Origin: Patescibacteria group bacterium
GTDB lineage: Bacteria; Patescibacteriota; Patescibacteriia; UBA10025; JAHIVO01
Length of the DNA: 64,000 nt
Direction of reading: 5' to 3'
Assembly (NCBI GenBank): GCA_028718605.1
Contig: JAQULM010000001.1
Location: forward strand, 193,699 to 257,698
The notes under the pieces are model-generated. The model was not told the DNA's origin, did no database searches, and saw only the letters and a list, made by a program, of their open reading frames with translations. Below, piece by piece: positions 37,305 through 47,377 of this stretch (the first letter of the stretch is position 1; each line of letters opens with the position of its first letter). A program made the position numbers and the translations under genes.

Positions 37305-37610
37305 CTAATCCTGCAGAAAACGTGCTTGGACACTTGCTCCATTTAACAACTGCCCGCTTATGCGCTGGAGCATGAATACTGCATCATGGTTAGCTGGCGT
37401 TCCCCGGTCGGGCGCTATGAGCAGTACCTCCTCGTCCGTTCCCGGCACGATGTTCACCTGCCGGTAAACATGCATATTCCTTGGTGCGATTCCCAACACT
37501 GTGGAAAGTTCACTGCGAACGGCACGACAGAGCTTCTCCCAGTCCTCGTTCGGCAGGACGTCTCTCCTGACAACAATTACATGTACATGAGCGTGGGTAT
37601 CAATCTCCAC
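37305..37610 (-). CDS. Hypothetical protein with a GTG start
   Basis: An RBS gaggagg lies 5 nt upstream of the GTG, and a promoter lies upstream of that. Confidence 0.5.
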   Translation of the reverse strand: MEIDTHAHVHVIVVRRDVLPNEDWEKLCRAVRSELSTVLGIAPRNMHVYRQVNIVPGTDEEVLLIAPDRGTPANHDAVFMLQRISGQLLNGASVQARFLQD

Positions 37611-37639
37611 GGCAACCTCCTCGTTTTGGTAATTGCACT

Positions 37640-37669
37640 ATTGTAACCGAGCGAGCCGTTACTGTCAAG
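37640..37669 (-). promoter_or_regulatory. Sigma70 promoter TTGACA-N17-TACAAT on the minus strand
   Basis: The minus-strand sequence is cttgacagtaacggctcgctcggttacaat. Confidence 0.6.
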
Positions 37670-37714
37670 GGGGTATTTCCGGCCGGTTTCTTAATTATAA
37701 AATTCCCGGCTTTT

Positions 37715-37785
37715 CTCCGAGGCTTGGAATCGAACCAAGATTACGTGATCCAGAGTCACGTGTCCTACCATTAGACGACCTCGGA
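37715..37785 (-). tRNA. tRNA-Gln (anticodon CUG), CCA not encoded
   Basis: Manual fold gives acceptor TCCGAGG/CCTCGGA, D-stem GTCT/GGAC, anticodon stem CGTGA/TCACG with loop CTCTGGA, and T-arm CTTGG-TTCGATT-CCAAG. Confidence 0.85.
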
Positions 37786-37884
37786 AAGAAGCCGGCAATC
37801 TCGATGAAACGGAACCAATCCATACCGAGAGCTGGCAGTCATTGTAAACAAAAACCGGTCGCTCTGCAATACCCCATGCGGCGA

Positions 37885-39492
37885 TTACTGATCACTGCCG
37901 ACCACCTCGCCGCCAAACAACTCAAGCGCCTGTTTCATAGTTGTGTCATCCCCCGGTTTGTCTGCAGGTGCCGTACCACGCGGTGCGAGCTTCTCGTAGT
38001 CATCAGACTTAAGCACTGTCATCGACAACCGGCATCGGGTGCCGAGCACCTCACTCACCGCGTCCTCGATCGCATGCCGCGCCTCGGGGATTTTCAATCG
38101 GTCGGCATGCAAGGTATGCCGGAAACCTACGGTGAGCACGCCTTTTTCGAATGATACCGGCACACCGACTTTCAATGATAAACTCAAAGAATGATTAGCT
38201 TCCTTAACGCGCCTCATGATTGCGCTCCACTGCCGTTGGATACTTTCGAAAGAAGCGGCATGTGCCGCACTCTGTGGCGCTGAATCCCGAGGACGTTCAG
38301 ATTTCATATGGTCACTTTTTTTGGGCGCCTCGGTTCGGGGCGGCCGGACAGGTTTTTTCGGAATAGGAGGGGCAGGCTGCGCAGCGGACTGGTTCGTTTC
38401 AAGCGGTTCGCACAACTCGAGGACGGCAAGTTCCAACGGAAGCTGAGCGATCGGTGAATACCTGAAATCGCGGGTTTTCTTGAGCAGTACCTCAATGATC
38501 GTATTCAGCCGCATCAGCGGCGTCCCGGCAACAGTTTCACGAAGGCGTTGCAGCACCTCCTGCTCAAGTTCAAGTGCTTCGAGTTGATCAACCGAACCGG
38601 TAACCTTATAGATAATCAGGGTTCTGATGAAGTCAATGGCATCCCGCGCAAACGCTTCGATGGCGATGCCGTCATCAATTAAAGTATTCACGAGTATAAT
38701 CGCGCCGGCCGCATCCCCGGCAACTAAGCGATTGAACCATTCTATCACTGTCAACAGGTTCGACCGAGGAATGACGAGCGACGCTTCTTCGTCCGTCACG
38801 GTACTGCCTCCGATCGACACGATTTGCCCGAGGAGCACTTCTGCATCGCGCACCGACCCTTCAGCATGCCGTGCGATGCTCGTAAGAATTGTGTCATTGA
38901 CCCCTACTTTTTCCGATTCAGCAATCCAGCGCAACCGGCGCACGAGATCTTCGATGCCGACGCGCTTGAAATCAAACCGCTGGCAGCGTGAAATGATCGT
39001 TTCAGGGACACGGTGGATCTCAGTGGTTGCCAGGATAAAAATGACATGCGCGGGCGGCTCTTCGAGCGTTTTCAGAAGCGCATTGAATGCGGCGGTAGAA
39101 AGCATATGCACCTCATCGATAATGTACACTTTATAGGGGGCGCGCTGCGGGGTAAATCTGCTGTTCTCGATGATATTTTCCCGGACATTGTCGACCCCGG
39201 TGTGTGATGCTGCATCGATTTCCAGAAGGTCGAGAGACCTCCCGGACGTGATTTCCTTGCAAAACGAGCATGACTCGCAGGGCTCGCCGCTTTTGCGATT
39301 TGAGCAATTTGCCGCTTTTGCGAGTAACCGTGCCGTCGTGGTCTTACCAACGCCGCGCGGACCGGTAAACAGATACGCATGGCTGATTCGGCCATGTTCT
39401 ATCTCGCTCAAGAGCGTAACCTTGATAGCGTGTTGGCCGACCAGATCTTCGAACCGTTGCGGCCGGTACTTCCTATAGAGCGCTTGTGCCAT
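37885..39492 (-). CDS. dnaX: DNA polymerase III subunit gamma/tau
   Basis: The N-terminus reads MAQALYRKYRPQRFEDLVGQHAIKVTLLSEIEHGRISHAYLFTGPRGVGKTTTARLLAKAANC. The zinc module CSNRKSGEPCESCSFC and the motif IIDEVHMLS are present. Confidence 0.95.
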   Translation of the reverse strand: MAQALYRKYRPQRFEDLVGQHAIKVTLLSEIEHGRISHAYLFTGPRGVGKTTTARLLAKAANCSNRKSGEPCESCSFCKEITSGRSLDLLEIDAASHTGVDNVRENIIENSRFTPQRAPYKVYIIDEVHMLSTAAFNALLKTLEEPPAHVIFILATTEIHRVPETIISRCQRFDFKRVGIEDLVRRLRWIAESEKVGVNDTILTSIARHAEGSVRDAEVLLGQIVSIGGSTVTDEEASLVIPRSNLLTVIEWFNRLVAGDAAGAIILVNTLIDDGIAIEAFARDAIDFIRTLIIYKVTGSVDQLEALELEQEVLQRLRETVAGTPLMRLNTIIEVLLKKTRDFRYSPIAQLPLELAVLELCEPLETNQSAAQPAPPIPKKPVRPPRTEAPKKSDHMKSERPRDSAPQSAAHAASFESIQRQWSAIMRRVKEANHSLSLSLKVGVPVSFEKGVLTVGFRHTLHADRLKIPEARHAIEDAVSEVLGTRCRLSMTVLKSDDYEKLAPRGTAPADKPGDDTTMKQALELFGGEVVGSDQ

Positions 39493-39572
39493 AGACAGAC
39501 ATCATTTATCACAAAATTCCAAAACTACATGCGGTAGTATTGTATACCAACTGCAGGCCAAACGCAACTCAC

Positions 39573-40220
39573 TTACGTTTGCGAACCAATCTCCTCGATA
39601 TCTTCTACGTGCGCATCGAGGGGTTGGTGCGGTGTTTCCGCGCCTGGTGTCAAAGTGGCCGTTTGTGCGGTTTCGCCGGCTTCTTTGATAATATTTTCGA
39701 CCGCAGCCCAATCGCTCTCCCCTGCCTTCGGGACCAACACAACGACCTCGTCTCCTGGCTCGCCTTTAAAATAGGTAATGCTCGCAAGTAAAACCTTGAA
39801 TGCCTTCTCCCCGACGATAACGCGGTATTCGTCAGTCGTTTCATCCTTGGTCAGAATGCCGACCAAGCGTCCGCGCTCAACCGGCCCGATTTGCTTGTAG
39901 AGAAATGAACCGTCCGGTTTGATAGTCAATTTGAGCGTGTCGCCGACGACGAGTTTTGATTTGGATGCATAGTTTGCCGGTATGCTGTACTGCTTGCCGT
40001 CCGGACCGAGCATGTGCTGCCCGTCAAAGATGCCTTCAATGATTTTTTCATCGCCATTCGCGCTTACCTTGCCGAGTTCCTTGGCGCGGTCAGCAACTTC
40101 CGCAAGTGCCTCGTCTCCATTGCCGACGATCTGCGCTAAAATTTCCCGTGCACCCTCGAGGGAGATGTGTGCGGTATCGATGAGTTTCTTGATTTGGTCT
40201 AATTTATTTTGTTTTGCCAT
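39573..40220 (-). CDS. Hypothetical protein
   Basis: The ORF is 215 aa, acidic, with no recognised motif. Confidence 0.5.
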   Translation of the reverse strand: MAKQNKLDQIKKLIDTAHISLEGAREILAQIVGNGDEALAEVADRAKELGKVSANGDEKIIEGIFDGQHMLGPDGKQYSIPANYASKSKLVVGDTLKLTIKPDGSFLYKQIGPVERGRLVGILTKDETTDEYRVIVGEKAFKVLLASITYFKGEPGDEVVVLVPKAGESDWAAVENIIKEAGETAQTATLTPGAETPHQPLDAHVEDIEEIGSQT

Positions 40221-40369
40221 ATGTTATTTTCAAATTTTGTATTCTCGTGTGTATTGTTTGTGTAGTGTGTTTTCGTTTTATTGAGTTGCCTGCGCTTTTG
40301 TTTTTTACTGCTGTGTGTATTGTGTTGATAATTTATTGGTATTTTTGATGAATTTTCGCGGTATTTTTG

Positions 40370-40939
40370 TTAGTGCTTCTCTATTGTAACAGATTGCATT
40401 GATTCGTCAATAATATACTTATAGATTGGAATATGGCGCTCGTCGGGATGGTCTTTGGCTACCGCATGCCAGCCAGGGATGGGAAAACTGTATGAAATGA
40501 CCGTCGTGCCCGGATGAAGTTCATGCTGAAATTTCAGCCCGAGCTTCTTCATCGCCTTGGGTGTCAGAAAGCAAAAAAGCACATCCGCTTGCCCGAGATC
40601 CCGATTGAGAAAATCGCCGTACCGCACTTCGATCCGTTTTGAAAAACCGCGAAACCATACGCGCACCTTTGACCAGAAGTACAGGAGGAATGAAATTTCG
40701 TAGCCGACCACGAGCCGCGCTTTTGTATTATTCGCCAGAGCGATTAATATCCGGCCATCACCCGAACCAAGATCGTATACGACATCTCTCTCATTGATGC
40801 CGGCGAGGGTAACAATCCGCTGGATGTCTTTCTTGAATACCGGCAGCCACGGCGATGCGCGAAAACCGGCGTATGCAGCAGTGCCAAAGACGAGAAGAAT
40901 TACGCAAAGCAAGCCAATATATAACAATGTGGTAAGCAT
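40370..40939 (-). CDS. Membrane-anchored class I SAM-dependent methyltransferase-like protein
   Basis: An N-terminal TM helix is followed by motif I VVYDLGSGDGRILI. Confidence 0.55.
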   Translation of the reverse strand: MLTTLLYIGLLCVILLVFGTAAYAGFRASPWLPVFKKDIQRIVTLAGINERDVVYDLGSGDGRILIALANNTKARLVVGYEISFLLYFWSKVRVWFRGFSKRIEVRYGDFLNRDLGQADVLFCFLTPKAMKKLGLKFQHELHPGTTVISYSFPIPGWHAVAKDHPDERHIPIYKYIIDESMQSVTIEKH

Positions 40940-41020
40940 ACTAGTATCATAAAGTCTTTCAACTTTTTGTCAATCGCAAAACCAGCCCCTCGTTGCGAGG
41001 GGCTGGCAATGTAACTGGAA

Positions 41021-42553
41021 TTACTCAGCGATAGGCTCTGCGGCTGCTTTTAACGCGGGAATCGTGCTCGAATTCATCACATCATGCTGTAGCATCGGCC
41101 AGAGCTGGCCTGCCCTTGAGCCAGATACTTTATAGACGTGCAGCTTTGACGGGTAGGTATACTCACTGACTATCATTTCTGCTGTTCTATTCGCGTCAAC
41201 ATCAGCGAATGCCGGTTGCGTTACGCCTCCTCCGTGAGCTCCAACTAATGGAAAGCCCCTGAGTGTCTTATGGGCATAATCCCACCCATAGAGATTATCA
41301 TCCTTGGAGAAACCGAATATCTCAAGCTTTCCGTCGTTATTGATATCGGCGAGCGATGGTTTCTGAATTGGGGCTACCCACGTCAACCACGGGCTATCCT
41401 CCCCAAATGTTGACCCGTCATGATTCCAAATGCGGATATAGCTTGCTTCACACATATCACCATCACAAATTGCATCCCAAAATCCAATGTACATGACGAT
41501 TTCGAGTTTTTTATCACCATCAACGTCACCCATGACCGGAACTGAACTTGATTCCATTGCCCCTGATATATCAGCTGGAAAACCGGGAACGTTTGAACAG
41601 TCTTCATTGATCGCATACAGCACATAGCGTGGAAACTGGGCATCAGTGCGATCTATGGTGAATACGACCTCGTCTGAACCATCACCATCTAAATCTCCAA
41701 TCGCTGGCGTAAACGGCCGTCCATAGATTGGCGTTCCCAAATCATCCGTCCCGAGATTAAATTTGATCGGCCAGCAGCTGCCGAAAGCCTCCCCTGCGGA
41801 CGTAAACGCCGAAACCTGGTCCCCTTCCGCCGCAATGAGTTCTACTGAGCCATCGGCATTCAAATCACCCGCCCCAACAGTACGCATATTATACGGTTCG
41901 AGCGCATGTGGCCATCCGGTGAGCTCAGCACCGGTGCGGTCGTATACATGCAATGCAGTGCCGGCGATGACGGCGACTTCATCAAACCCGTCTTTGTTCA
42001 GATCTGCGACCACGGGCGCTTCATACACATCACTCGTAAATTGTTTTGGCCAGCCAGGAAGCGGCGTTCCGTCATGATTGACAACATACACGGATGGCGT
42101 TGCAGTCCCATACCATCGTGAAACTGAAAAAACGATCTCTGCCTGCGGATCGCTGTCCAGCTTGGTTGATGTTTTAGCGCTTTGGACAAAGCTGTCCTCA
42201 GCAAGCCGAATTGGCCATCCGGTGAGAACCTTGCCGCTCCGGTCGTATGCACTGATCGTTCCCTTCGCTCCCTGAACAATTTCCAGCTCAGCGTCAGTGT
42301 CTAGATTTACCGCCAAAGGCGATGCGGTGGTATATGACGGGAGTGTCTGGGGCCATCCGCTTAGTTCTGAAATAAGCGGTGTGACCGGCTCAGTGCCAGT
42401 ATCAATAGGATTCTCGACTCGTAACAGCGGCGTAGCTGCCATGAGCAAGCCGAGCGACGCTGCGGCACCGATGCCAACCGTTAAAAGCACGCCGATGCCG
42501 GTTTTTATTTCGACTTTTTGCTTGACTTCCGTCTCGATTGAAGGTTTTGCCAT
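41021..42553 (-). CDS. Secreted or membrane-anchored FG-GAP/VCBS-repeat beta-propeller protein
   Basis: Repeated Ca-binding loops are present: DLNKDGFDEVAV, GDLNADGSVELIAA, GDLDGDGSDEVVF, GDVDGDKKLEIVM, ADINNDGKLEIFG and ADVDANRTAEMIV. Confidence 0.75.
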   Translation of the reverse strand: MAKPSIETEVKQKVEIKTGIGVLLTVGIGAAASLGLLMAATPLLRVENPIDTGTEPVTPLISELSGWPQTLPSYTTASPLAVNLDTDAELEIVQGAKGTISAYDRSGKVLTGWPIRLAEDSFVQSAKTSTKLDSDPQAEIVFSVSRWYGTATPSVYVVNHDGTPLPGWPKQFTSDVYEAPVVADLNKDGFDEVAVIAGTALHVYDRTGAELTGWPHALEPYNMRTVGAGDLNADGSVELIAAEGDQVSAFTSAGEAFGSCWPIKFNLGTDDLGTPIYGRPFTPAIGDLDGDGSDEVVFTIDRTDAQFPRYVLYAINEDCSNVPGFPADISGAMESSSVPVMGDVDGDKKLEIVMYIGFWDAICDGDMCEASYIRIWNHDGSTFGEDSPWLTWVAPIQKPSLADINNDGKLEIFGFSKDDNLYGWDYAHKTLRGFPLVGAHGGGVTQPAFADVDANRTAEMIVSEYTYPSKLHVYKVSGSRAGQLWPMLQHDVMNSSTIPALKAAAEPIAE

Positions 42554-42668
42554 AATGAACTCATTACTTTTTCAATTTTATAATAAAAAATCTAATTATA
42601 TTTTTTACTAGCATCAGCATACCTATAAACTCCTCGTCCCTCCGCTCTTTTCCCCTCTGTATGTTGCA

Positions 42669-43283
42669 TTAAAGATGTGTTGTTAGATTTAATGCAGCCT
42701 GATGAAATTCATCAACGCTTTTATTATTAGCTTTGAAAGCCCTTGCGAGAGTGCTTAATTGTTTGATGGCAACATCAATTTCGGTTGTTTCGGGAATCCT
42801 GCCAGGAAGGGCCCCTTGCTCGGTAGCAGCAACCTTAGTATTGACAATGTCTTGAAATATTTGGTGAACCTGATCCCAGTCCCAATCTACTACCTGCTCC
42901 GTCTTCTCTTTTTCTTGAGGAGATTCTATTTGAGTCGGTTCAACCGCTCGGCCACCGGCAAAATTTGCAAGCCCCGCCAAAACGATAAATGTTTTCATTA
43001 AATGTGCAATCTTCCCCTTTCCAAACCGAGAAAGAAAACCACCCTCATTGTCGTCTGTAATACGGTCATGTGCTTCAAGTGCTATTTCGCAATTTGACTT
43101 TGTCGGATCGATATCAAAAGAAGTTGATAGTTCATGAAAAGCATTGTCTTGATTGAATTCTCCGGAACATTCTTGTATTGACTCAATCGATGCCCAAATT
43201 TTATCATCAACGGATTCGGTATGCTCAACCTCTCCATTCGAACTCTCGATCATGGGATCGAATGACATTTCAGGATTCGGCAT
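42669..43283 (-). CDS. Hypothetical acidic protein
   Basis: The start was moved to an internal ATG (MPNPEM...) to avoid an 82-nt overlap with the upstream ATPase gene. Confidence 0.4.
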   Translation of the reverse strand: MPNPEMSFDPMIESSNGEVEHTESVDDKIWASIESIQECSGEFNQDNAFHELSTSFDIDPTKSNCEIALEAHDRITDDNEGGFLSRFGKGKIAHLMKTFIVLAGLANFAGGRAVEPTQIESPQEKEKTEQVVDWDWDQVHQIFQDIVNTKVAATEQGALPGRIPETTEIDVAIKQLSTLARAFKANNKSVDEFHQAALNLTTHL

Positions 43284-43332
43284 TGTGGCGCAAATTATTA
43301 AAAAATTATTGGCATACCCGCGCGAACGCCCA

Positions 43333-45858
43333 TCAAACGTTGCGAACCCCCATTGACGGACCCTGCGTTGCCGCGGGCTGGCCCAAACGCGATTTCTCCA
43401 TGGTTTCCTCTTCAACTATTTTCCGGTCCCTGCCGTACTTCATACGTGAAAGTTCAATGAGATAGCTGGCCATTTCGGGGCTCCCCGGCTGGGGCGGGTA
43501 CGTCTTCATATTAAACGGTTTGGAGGACGTATTATCAATGAGGAGTTTCGCGTTCGCGGTATACATGTCGACGTTAATGACATCGTACTCGTTGAATACG
43601 GGCTCGAATTCCTTGGCGAGAATCTCAGCGTCGTCCACGCCCACACGGAACGCGATGAGCGTTCCGGCATTGCCGAACACCGCATCCCGTATTTTCGTAT
43701 CATTATTGTCACGGACGAGCTGGCCGACGTATTGGTGGGCCATGGTGAGATTGAGGTGGTACTTGCGCGCCTCGGACAGGATCGTCGCGATCGAATCAGT
43801 AACAAAATTCTGGAACTCATCGATATACAGGTAGAAATCGCTGCGCTGCTCCTGCGGCATGCTCACCCGGCGCATTGCAGCCATCTGCAGTTTCGATACG
43901 ATAATCAATCCGAGGAGGTTTGAGTTCACTTCGCCCGTGGTGCCCTTTGCTAGATTCACAAGCAGGATTTTTTTCTTGTTCATGACCTCATCGAAATCAA
44001 ATCCGGAATGCTCCTGGCCGATGATGTTTCGCATCATGCTGTTCTCGACGAACCGGCCGACTTTTGAAATCAAGTACCCGAGCATCTCGGACTTGTGAAA
44101 ATCGGACGTCTTAGCCATCTCTTTTTCCCAGAACGCACGGACGATCGGATCCTTCACCTTTGCCAGCTTATACTTCTGGTACGCGGGATCAGTGAACATG
44201 CGCGGTATTTCCGCGATCGTGCCGGGATGCTCCTCGTCCTCCATGAGGGTGAGCATCACATTGCGCATGTTGTGCTCGAACATCGGGCCGATCATTTCCG
44301 GCGGGAATAATTTGTAGAATATCGCAACCATTTCCTGGACTGCGAAATCCTTTTCTTCCGGGCTCCTGGCCTCCAGCATATTCAAGCCAATCGGCCTCCC
44401 CATATCAGACGGATTGAAATGAATGACGTCCTCCGCGCGCTCCCGGGGGATGTGCGGCAGGATATCGTTGATCAGGTCGCCGTGGGGATCAACAACGCCG
44501 ACTCCCTCACCGTTCAGAATGTCCTGAATAATCATATTGGAAAGCAAAACCGATTTGCCGACGCCGGATTTGCCGATGACGTACACGTGCCGCTGGCGAT
44601 CCCGCTGCTTGATCCGGATAATGGTATCCTGCCCCCGGTATTCGCAGTGCCCGAGAACAAGCCCCTCAGTGGGAATATTCGGCGGTGGCGGCGCTTTGCG
44701 TGCCGTGAGCCACCTGATATTCGGCGTTTCGGTCGTCGGCAGCGGAAAGTGGAATACGCTCGTCATCTCCTCCGTATTCAGTATCAACCCACATTTCGGC
44801 ATAAACCGGCGATAGATGAAATCCCTGACGAGCTTATCTGTATTGACGCCCTTGCGCACAAGGCCATTGCCGTACTCATAGAGCGTAAACTGGCTATAGG
44901 TATTTTCGAGATTTTTTAAAATTGCTTGCGCCCGCTCCTTGCTCTGCGCGGCAACAACAATGCGGATATTCACTTCCATGCCCGCTTTGGACGTCTTGTC
45001 CTCGAGGCTCTTCGCGATTTCCTCCTCGCGCGGAGACAGCTGGTGCGTCGGCTCAAATTCCTCCTTCTTCTTTTTTGGAAAAAATGTCCTCGCCAATTCA
45101 ACTATAAAGCCAACGAACCCGCGGCGCCCAACCGCGTCTTTCAGCTTCTTACCCATGTGCATCTCGCGTGCAGCGTGGGCGCCCCAGTTATGCCATTGCG
45201 CTTTCGCGGAACGAACCACGTACTGGATCGCGATTCCCTCATTCTCCGCGACTTTTGAGAGCGCATTCGTGATGGAGTTCAGCGGGTCAATGTCCAGCTG
45301 CTTATACGTGCGGATCGGAAAAATATACGGCTTCTTGAATTTAAAGGCTGTTCCCGTGACTGCGCTGGTCGGATGGAATAGGTTATATTCATCGACTTCC
45401 TCTATTTGGGCATCCGGGTACTGCGCGTGGATGTGCTGCTCCATGTACTGCTGCAAGTACCGCGGCACAACGACATAGAATGAAATTAGCCCATGGAGCG
45501 CGACGATCTCGAGCGAAAAATGGTCATGCCTTCCGGCTATGTATGAACCCATACCGCGTTCGGCTTTCATGCCCCCGAGCACGGTAAACCACGCTTCCGC
45601 GTCTGCAAGCAGCTCCGGAACTGTACGCCGCTGCCTGCCTTCCTCCTCCTGGACTGCCGCCTCTTTGGGAAGCGTAACGAGAAGGAAAACTTTATGGAAT
45701 TCAAGTGGCAGCGCACGCTGGCTCCGCAACCGGCGCATGATAATGCCAAGGGCGCCTGCAACAATACAAAGCGCGGCCAGGCTCACGAGGATGATAGTGA
45801 AGGCCGGATTGGCGAGAAGTTCGCTGAACCCACCTGTGTTTGCTGAGCCGAATGGCAT
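43333..45858 (-). CDS. VirB4/TrbE/TraE-like type IV secretion or conjugation ATPase (FtsK/HerA superfamily) with an N-terminal TM helix
   Basis: At 841 aa, Walker A YVIGKSGVGKSV lies near residue 430, followed by VVDPHGDL. The Walker B-like motif is YLYIDEFQNF. Confidence 0.6.
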   Translation of the reverse strand: MPFGSANTGGFSELLANPAFTIILVSLAALCIVAGALGIIMRRLRSQRALPLEFHKVFLLVTLPKEAAVQEEEGRQRRTVPELLADAEAWFTVLGGMKAERGMGSYIAGRHDHFSLEIVALHGLISFYVVVPRYLQQYMEQHIHAQYPDAQIEEVDEYNLFHPTSAVTGTAFKFKKPYIFPIRTYKQLDIDPLNSITNALSKVAENEGIAIQYVVRSAKAQWHNWGAHAAREMHMGKKLKDAVGRRGFVGFIVELARTFFPKKKKEEFEPTHQLSPREEEIAKSLEDKTSKAGMEVNIRIVVAAQSKERAQAILKNLENTYSQFTLYEYGNGLVRKGVNTDKLVRDFIYRRFMPKCGLILNTEEMTSVFHFPLPTTETPNIRWLTARKAPPPPNIPTEGLVLGHCEYRGQDTIIRIKQRDRQRHVYVIGKSGVGKSVLLSNMIIQDILNGEGVGVVDPHGDLINDILPHIPRERAEDVIHFNPSDMGRPIGLNMLEARSPEEKDFAVQEMVAIFYKLFPPEMIGPMFEHNMRNVMLTLMEDEEHPGTIAEIPRMFTDPAYQKYKLAKVKDPIVRAFWEKEMAKTSDFHKSEMLGYLISKVGRFVENSMMRNIIGQEHSGFDFDEVMNKKKILLVNLAKGTTGEVNSNLLGLIIVSKLQMAAMRRVSMPQEQRSDFYLYIDEFQNFVTDSIATILSEARKYHLNLTMAHQYVGQLVRDNNDTKIRDAVFGNAGTLIAFRVGVDDAEILAKEFEPVFNEYDVINVDMYTANAKLLIDNTSSKPFNMKTYPPQPGSPEMASYLIELSRMKYGRDRKIVEEETMEKSRLGQPAATQGPSMGVRNV

Positions 45859-45888
45859 AGGTACGCCGCTGTAGGCGGTAAGTGTTTA

Positions 45889-46422
45889 CTAACCTTGTTT
45901 ATGTTTTTGTTCGTGCAGATTGAGGATGCGGTCTGCCTTGATCTTCGCTTCCTGCTCGAGGAAAAATTTGTTGATACCGGGAATCATCCTCAGCCAGTCG
46001 CGCAAGAGCCCGAGAATCTCCCTGACCTTTACCTTAACGTCACGTAACAGTAATTCAATTTTTGAAGCGGTTTCCTCACCCTTACGCTGGAATGCCATCT
46101 GCTGTTCTGGCGTCATCTGGAGAAAAAGCTCGTCAAGGTGCTCAGATAAGATATGCTCGATCTTCTGCAGTTCAGGGCTTTTTGGCATTGCGGGTGCCGG
46201 TTCTTGAACCGGTTCCTGAACTGGCGGCGGTGCGTACTGCCTGCGTGCCTGCTCATCCTCCCGTGCCTGTTCCCCTTGCACATCTGGCGCTGTTTCACGG
46301 GTCACTTCAGCTGGCCGCTCCCGGATTTCCTGGCCTCCAGGCTGCTGCTCCTGAAACTCAAAAATGTCCTCAATGTTCTGAGGTTTCTGATTTCCTTTTT
46401 CTATATCAGTCGGGGCTGGCAT
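45889..46422 (-). CDS. Hypothetical Pro/Gln/Glu-rich protein
   Basis: The protein has a low-complexity N-terminus and a helical C-terminus. Confidence 0.45.
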   Translation of the reverse strand: MPAPTDIEKGNQKPQNIEDIFEFQEQQPGGQEIRERPAEVTRETAPDVQGEQAREDEQARRQYAPPPVQEPVQEPAPAMPKSPELQKIEHILSEHLDELFLQMTPEQQMAFQRKGEETASKIELLLRDVKVKVREILGLLRDWLRMIPGINKFFLEQEAKIKADRILNLHEQKHKQG

Positions 46423-46535
46423 ATGCGGTTCATTCCAAAACCAAGAATTGCTTTGATATTACTGCACTATCATAACCTATTATATCATATTTTCTTAGAA
46501 AAATCAAGATTTTACCCAGATGTGCATAATACCCC

Positions 46536-46564
46536 TTGACAACGAAACAAGCGTATGATAGACT
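46536..46564 (+). promoter_or_regulatory. Sigma70-like promoter TTGACA-N17-TAGACT
   Basis: The sequence is ccttgacaacgaaacaagcgtatgatagact. Confidence 0.45.
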
Positions 46565-46620
46565 GGTTTGTTCACGCTGAAATTCTGAAATGTTGAATTT
46601 GAATAATAAAGGAGAGAGTC

Positions 46621-47235
46621 ATGAACTCTTACAGAGGTTTCTCGAAGTGGGTGATTTGTATTGTCGCCCTTTTCATCATCATCGCTAACCCGATGCCTGC
46701 CAACGCCGGCATCGAGAAGGTTCCCAAGAAGGCCGCAAAGGTAGTGTTCTGGCCGTTGAAAACCGTCGGTAAGGCCATCGGAAAAGCAGTTACGCATTGC
46801 GTTAACGAAGGCCGCGCTCTGGAGGAGGCGGAGAACCGCAATCGGGATGATGTCAGTCGTCTTTGGAACATCTTCCTGACCGATGCCAATAAAGTCAATA
46901 TTGGCTTCAGTATCACGTGCGATGGCGCTCAGCTTATTGCACTGGTACAGTACAACGGCCCCTATAGCGGCAATGAAAAACTGACCATCCCGCAAATCAG
47001 CTTTGACAACGGGAAGCACTGGTCGGGGAAATATTTCCACAAGGACAAAAAGAGGAATGCCTGGACGCTCAAATTGGGCAAGGCGAGCTCGATGAAACGC
47101 GGATCAAGTTCGTTCAAGATCCGGATGAGGATCTATGATCCCGATATCGAGTTTGTCGATGGCAAAGAGCAGAAGGGCGACCCTCATTGGGGGCCGTGGG
47201 TGGAAAGTAGTGACTTCAGCCTTAGCTGGAGATGA
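46621..47235 (+). CDS. Secreted hypothetical protein
   Basis: The RBS is aaaggagag. The signal peptide is MNSYRGFSKWVICIVALFIIIANPMPANA. Confidence 0.65.
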   Translation: MNSYRGFSKWVICIVALFIIIANPMPANAGIEKVPKKAAKVVFWPLKTVGKAIGKAVTHCVNEGRALEEAENRNRDDVSRLWNIFLTDANKVNIGFSITCDGAQLIALVQYNGPYSGNEKLTIPQISFDNGKHWSGKYFHKDKKRNAWTLKLGKASSMKRGSSSFKIRMRIYDPDIEFVDGKEQKGDPHWGPWVESSDFSLSWR

Positions 47236-47377
47236 GTGATGAATGGCGTCTGAAATCTTGCGACAACAGTTGCGGGATTCCAGCGAAAGATTACGGGGGT
47301 GTTTCGAACAGTCGAACACCTCTGTTTTCTTTTCCGAAAAACATTGAAAAAATGCGTGAAATGTGATATACTGACAT

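Noticed and set aside
43506-45478. Plus-strand ORFs antisense to the VirB4-like ATPase gene.
   Set aside because: They overlap a long motif-bearing CDS and have a low-complexity composition.
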